Position numbers and translations under genes: made by a program
The notes under the pieces: model-generated
Told to the model about the DNA's origin: nothing
Database searches by the model: none
Seen by the model: the letters and a program-made list of their open reading frames with translations, nothing else
In this document: piece by piece, positions 62,390-64,000 of the stretch
Numbering within the stretch: position 1 is the stretch's first letter
How the letters are laid out: each line of letters begins with the position of its first letter
Assembly (NCBI RefSeq): GCF_009914755.1
Contig: NC_060947.1
DNA length: 64,000 nt
Reading direction: 5' to 3' (one strand)
DNA from: the human T2T-CHM13v2.0 reference genome, Homo sapiens

Positions 62390-62435
62390 ATGGGATGCAG
62401 CAGTTCTTCAACGAAAACCAGGAGATCTGACACAT
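62390..62435 (+). CDS. PPEF1: PPEF1 (EF-hand Ser/Thr phosphatase 1, rdgC homologue) first coding exon, 46 bp
   Basis: gtcATGG Kozak context. Encodes MGCSSSSTKTRRSDT(S), with an N-terminal Gly2/Cys3 acylation-type motif. Donor T|GTGAGT. Confidence 0.93.
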
Positions 62436-63699
62436 GTGAGTACTGGGAATGTGCCTGTGGTTATGAATGAAAAGGGGAAAATGAGCTGCCCTCACCCTCT
62501 TCTCCTTTCTCATTTACTCCCACGATGCTCAAGCTGCCCTGTGTGATTTGCACAAGGCATCGTTAGAGTAGCATAGGAAACTACATTTAGGAAGATGTAG
62601 CTTTGAATTTATGAAGTACCATAAAGTATTGTCTTAGAGATATTTTGTGTTTGATTTAATTTCATTCGATAATGTACCAATATAAAATCTCAATTTAAAA
62701 CTCAGTGGCAGGGAACAAGAAAGGCAGTGTAATTTATATGTGTTTCTTCAATACTTTTATAAATAGCTATATCCCTACTTTTGTGACATTTAGTAGCATC
62801 ATTGAATTTTTATTGGATTTTATAACTCAATGATCACATTATTTCTATATCTATTCAACACAGAACTTCATGAGATTTGCATCACGTTTTAAAAATAATC
62901 TAGGAGAATTGGGAGAATGCTAGATCATCTGTTTCCAAAAAAAAGGTGTATTGTTTCTAAATAGATGGCATGCCTTTCTGTACCCCCATATAATTAGAAG
63001 CTTAAATATTCACTTTGTTTATTTTGTACTGAGGTTCTTTCTCATGGCTATTGGCATCTAGTTGAAACAAACTTGAGCATTTAAGGGATAGAGTTTCCAA
63101 CAAGCAAATTAAAATAAAAACAAGTAAATAAGCTGGGACAATTAATATGAGTAATTTGCTCTTAAACTCCACTTCTTTGATGTCTAGGTTATAGGTAATT
63201 CCCCCAACTTCTATTCCACGTCTTGCCTTTGGAAGTTTATTCAGGCTTAAGGTGGAGGGTTTAGGATGCAGAGTGTGCTATACTAATTAGCGTGGGATGT
63301 TTTACTTTGGGAATCAAATGTTATTCTCCTACCCAGCTGACTTGTGCTGATGATGTAGGAAACTCATCTCTGAAAGTAGGAAGGGACATAGGAGGTGTAC
63401 TGACTCTTTCAAATCTTTAAGCATGTCATGAAATAAATCTTTCAAAAGCTCCATCTGAACTCTACTGCTGTAGTAGACGTTTATTAGCAGAGAGTAAAGA
63501 GAAATTATCTTTTTATATCTAGGATTACTCACAGTTCTTTAAATTTAGCCAAATTTCCTAGGTTAAAAAAAAAAAAGCCAAGTCCAACTTGTAAAAACAA
63601 ATCCTCTCTCTTTTTGAAATACTTTTCAACTTTTAAAACATTGCATGTAAGTGGAAATATTAGCTTAGATTTTTGGATTGCTTTTTCTTTCAAATACCT

Positions 63700-64000
63700 G
63701 TGATTTATTGAGGTGAAATTCACGTAACATAAAATTAGCCATTGTCAAGTGAACAACTCAGCAGCAGTTGGTATGTTCACAGTGTCGTGCAACCACAACC
63801 CCTATGTACTTCTGAGACATTTCCAACACTCCAAAGTAAAACCCCTTATCCATTAAGCACTTTCTCCTCTCAGCCCCTGGCAACCACAAATCTATATTCA
63901 GTCTCTATGGATTTATCTATTCTGGACATTTCATGTAAATGGAGTCATATATTATGTGACCTTTTGTGTCTGGCTTTGTCCATGTTGTAGCATGTATCAG
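63700..64000 (-). mobile_element. L1MB-like 3' fragment running off the window end
   Basis: 'tttattgaggtgaaattcacgtaacataaaattagccatt...tattctggacatttcatgtaaatggagtcata'. Confidence 0.8.

Overview
Human (primate) genomic DNA recognisable as the Xp22 CDKL5/RS1/PPEF1 locus; gene identities come from translating spliced exons and recalling the known proteins, not from a database search. On the + strand are the last three coding exons of the long CDKL5 isoform (610-693, 5013-5195, 8035-8147). They are interleaved with exons 1-4 of RS1 (retinoschisin) on the - strand (26673-26622, 12268-12243, 11361-11256, 1935-1794). Upstream of RS1 lie a tRNA-Val(TAC) gene (- strand, 29514-29586) and a CpG island. 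Further right are probable 5'UTR exons and the first coding exon of PPEF1 (+ strand, ATG at 62390, MGCSSSS...). The rest is repeat-rich: about 48 Alus, L1/L2/MIR fragments, MaLR and ERV1 LTRs, hAT MERs and two solo Hsmar1/MADE1 ends. Nearly all entries in the ORF track are Alu/L1 artefacts. I found no evidence of a wholly new biological system. The best local oddities are a CDKL5 exon built from an MLT1 LTR, a 35-bp direct repeat bracketing RS1 exon 3, a hairpin-plus-U5 tRNA trailer, a uORF cluster before the PPEF1 start, two candidate unannotated exons, and several template-switch or duplication scars. Repeat boundaries and subfamily names are by eye and approximate.
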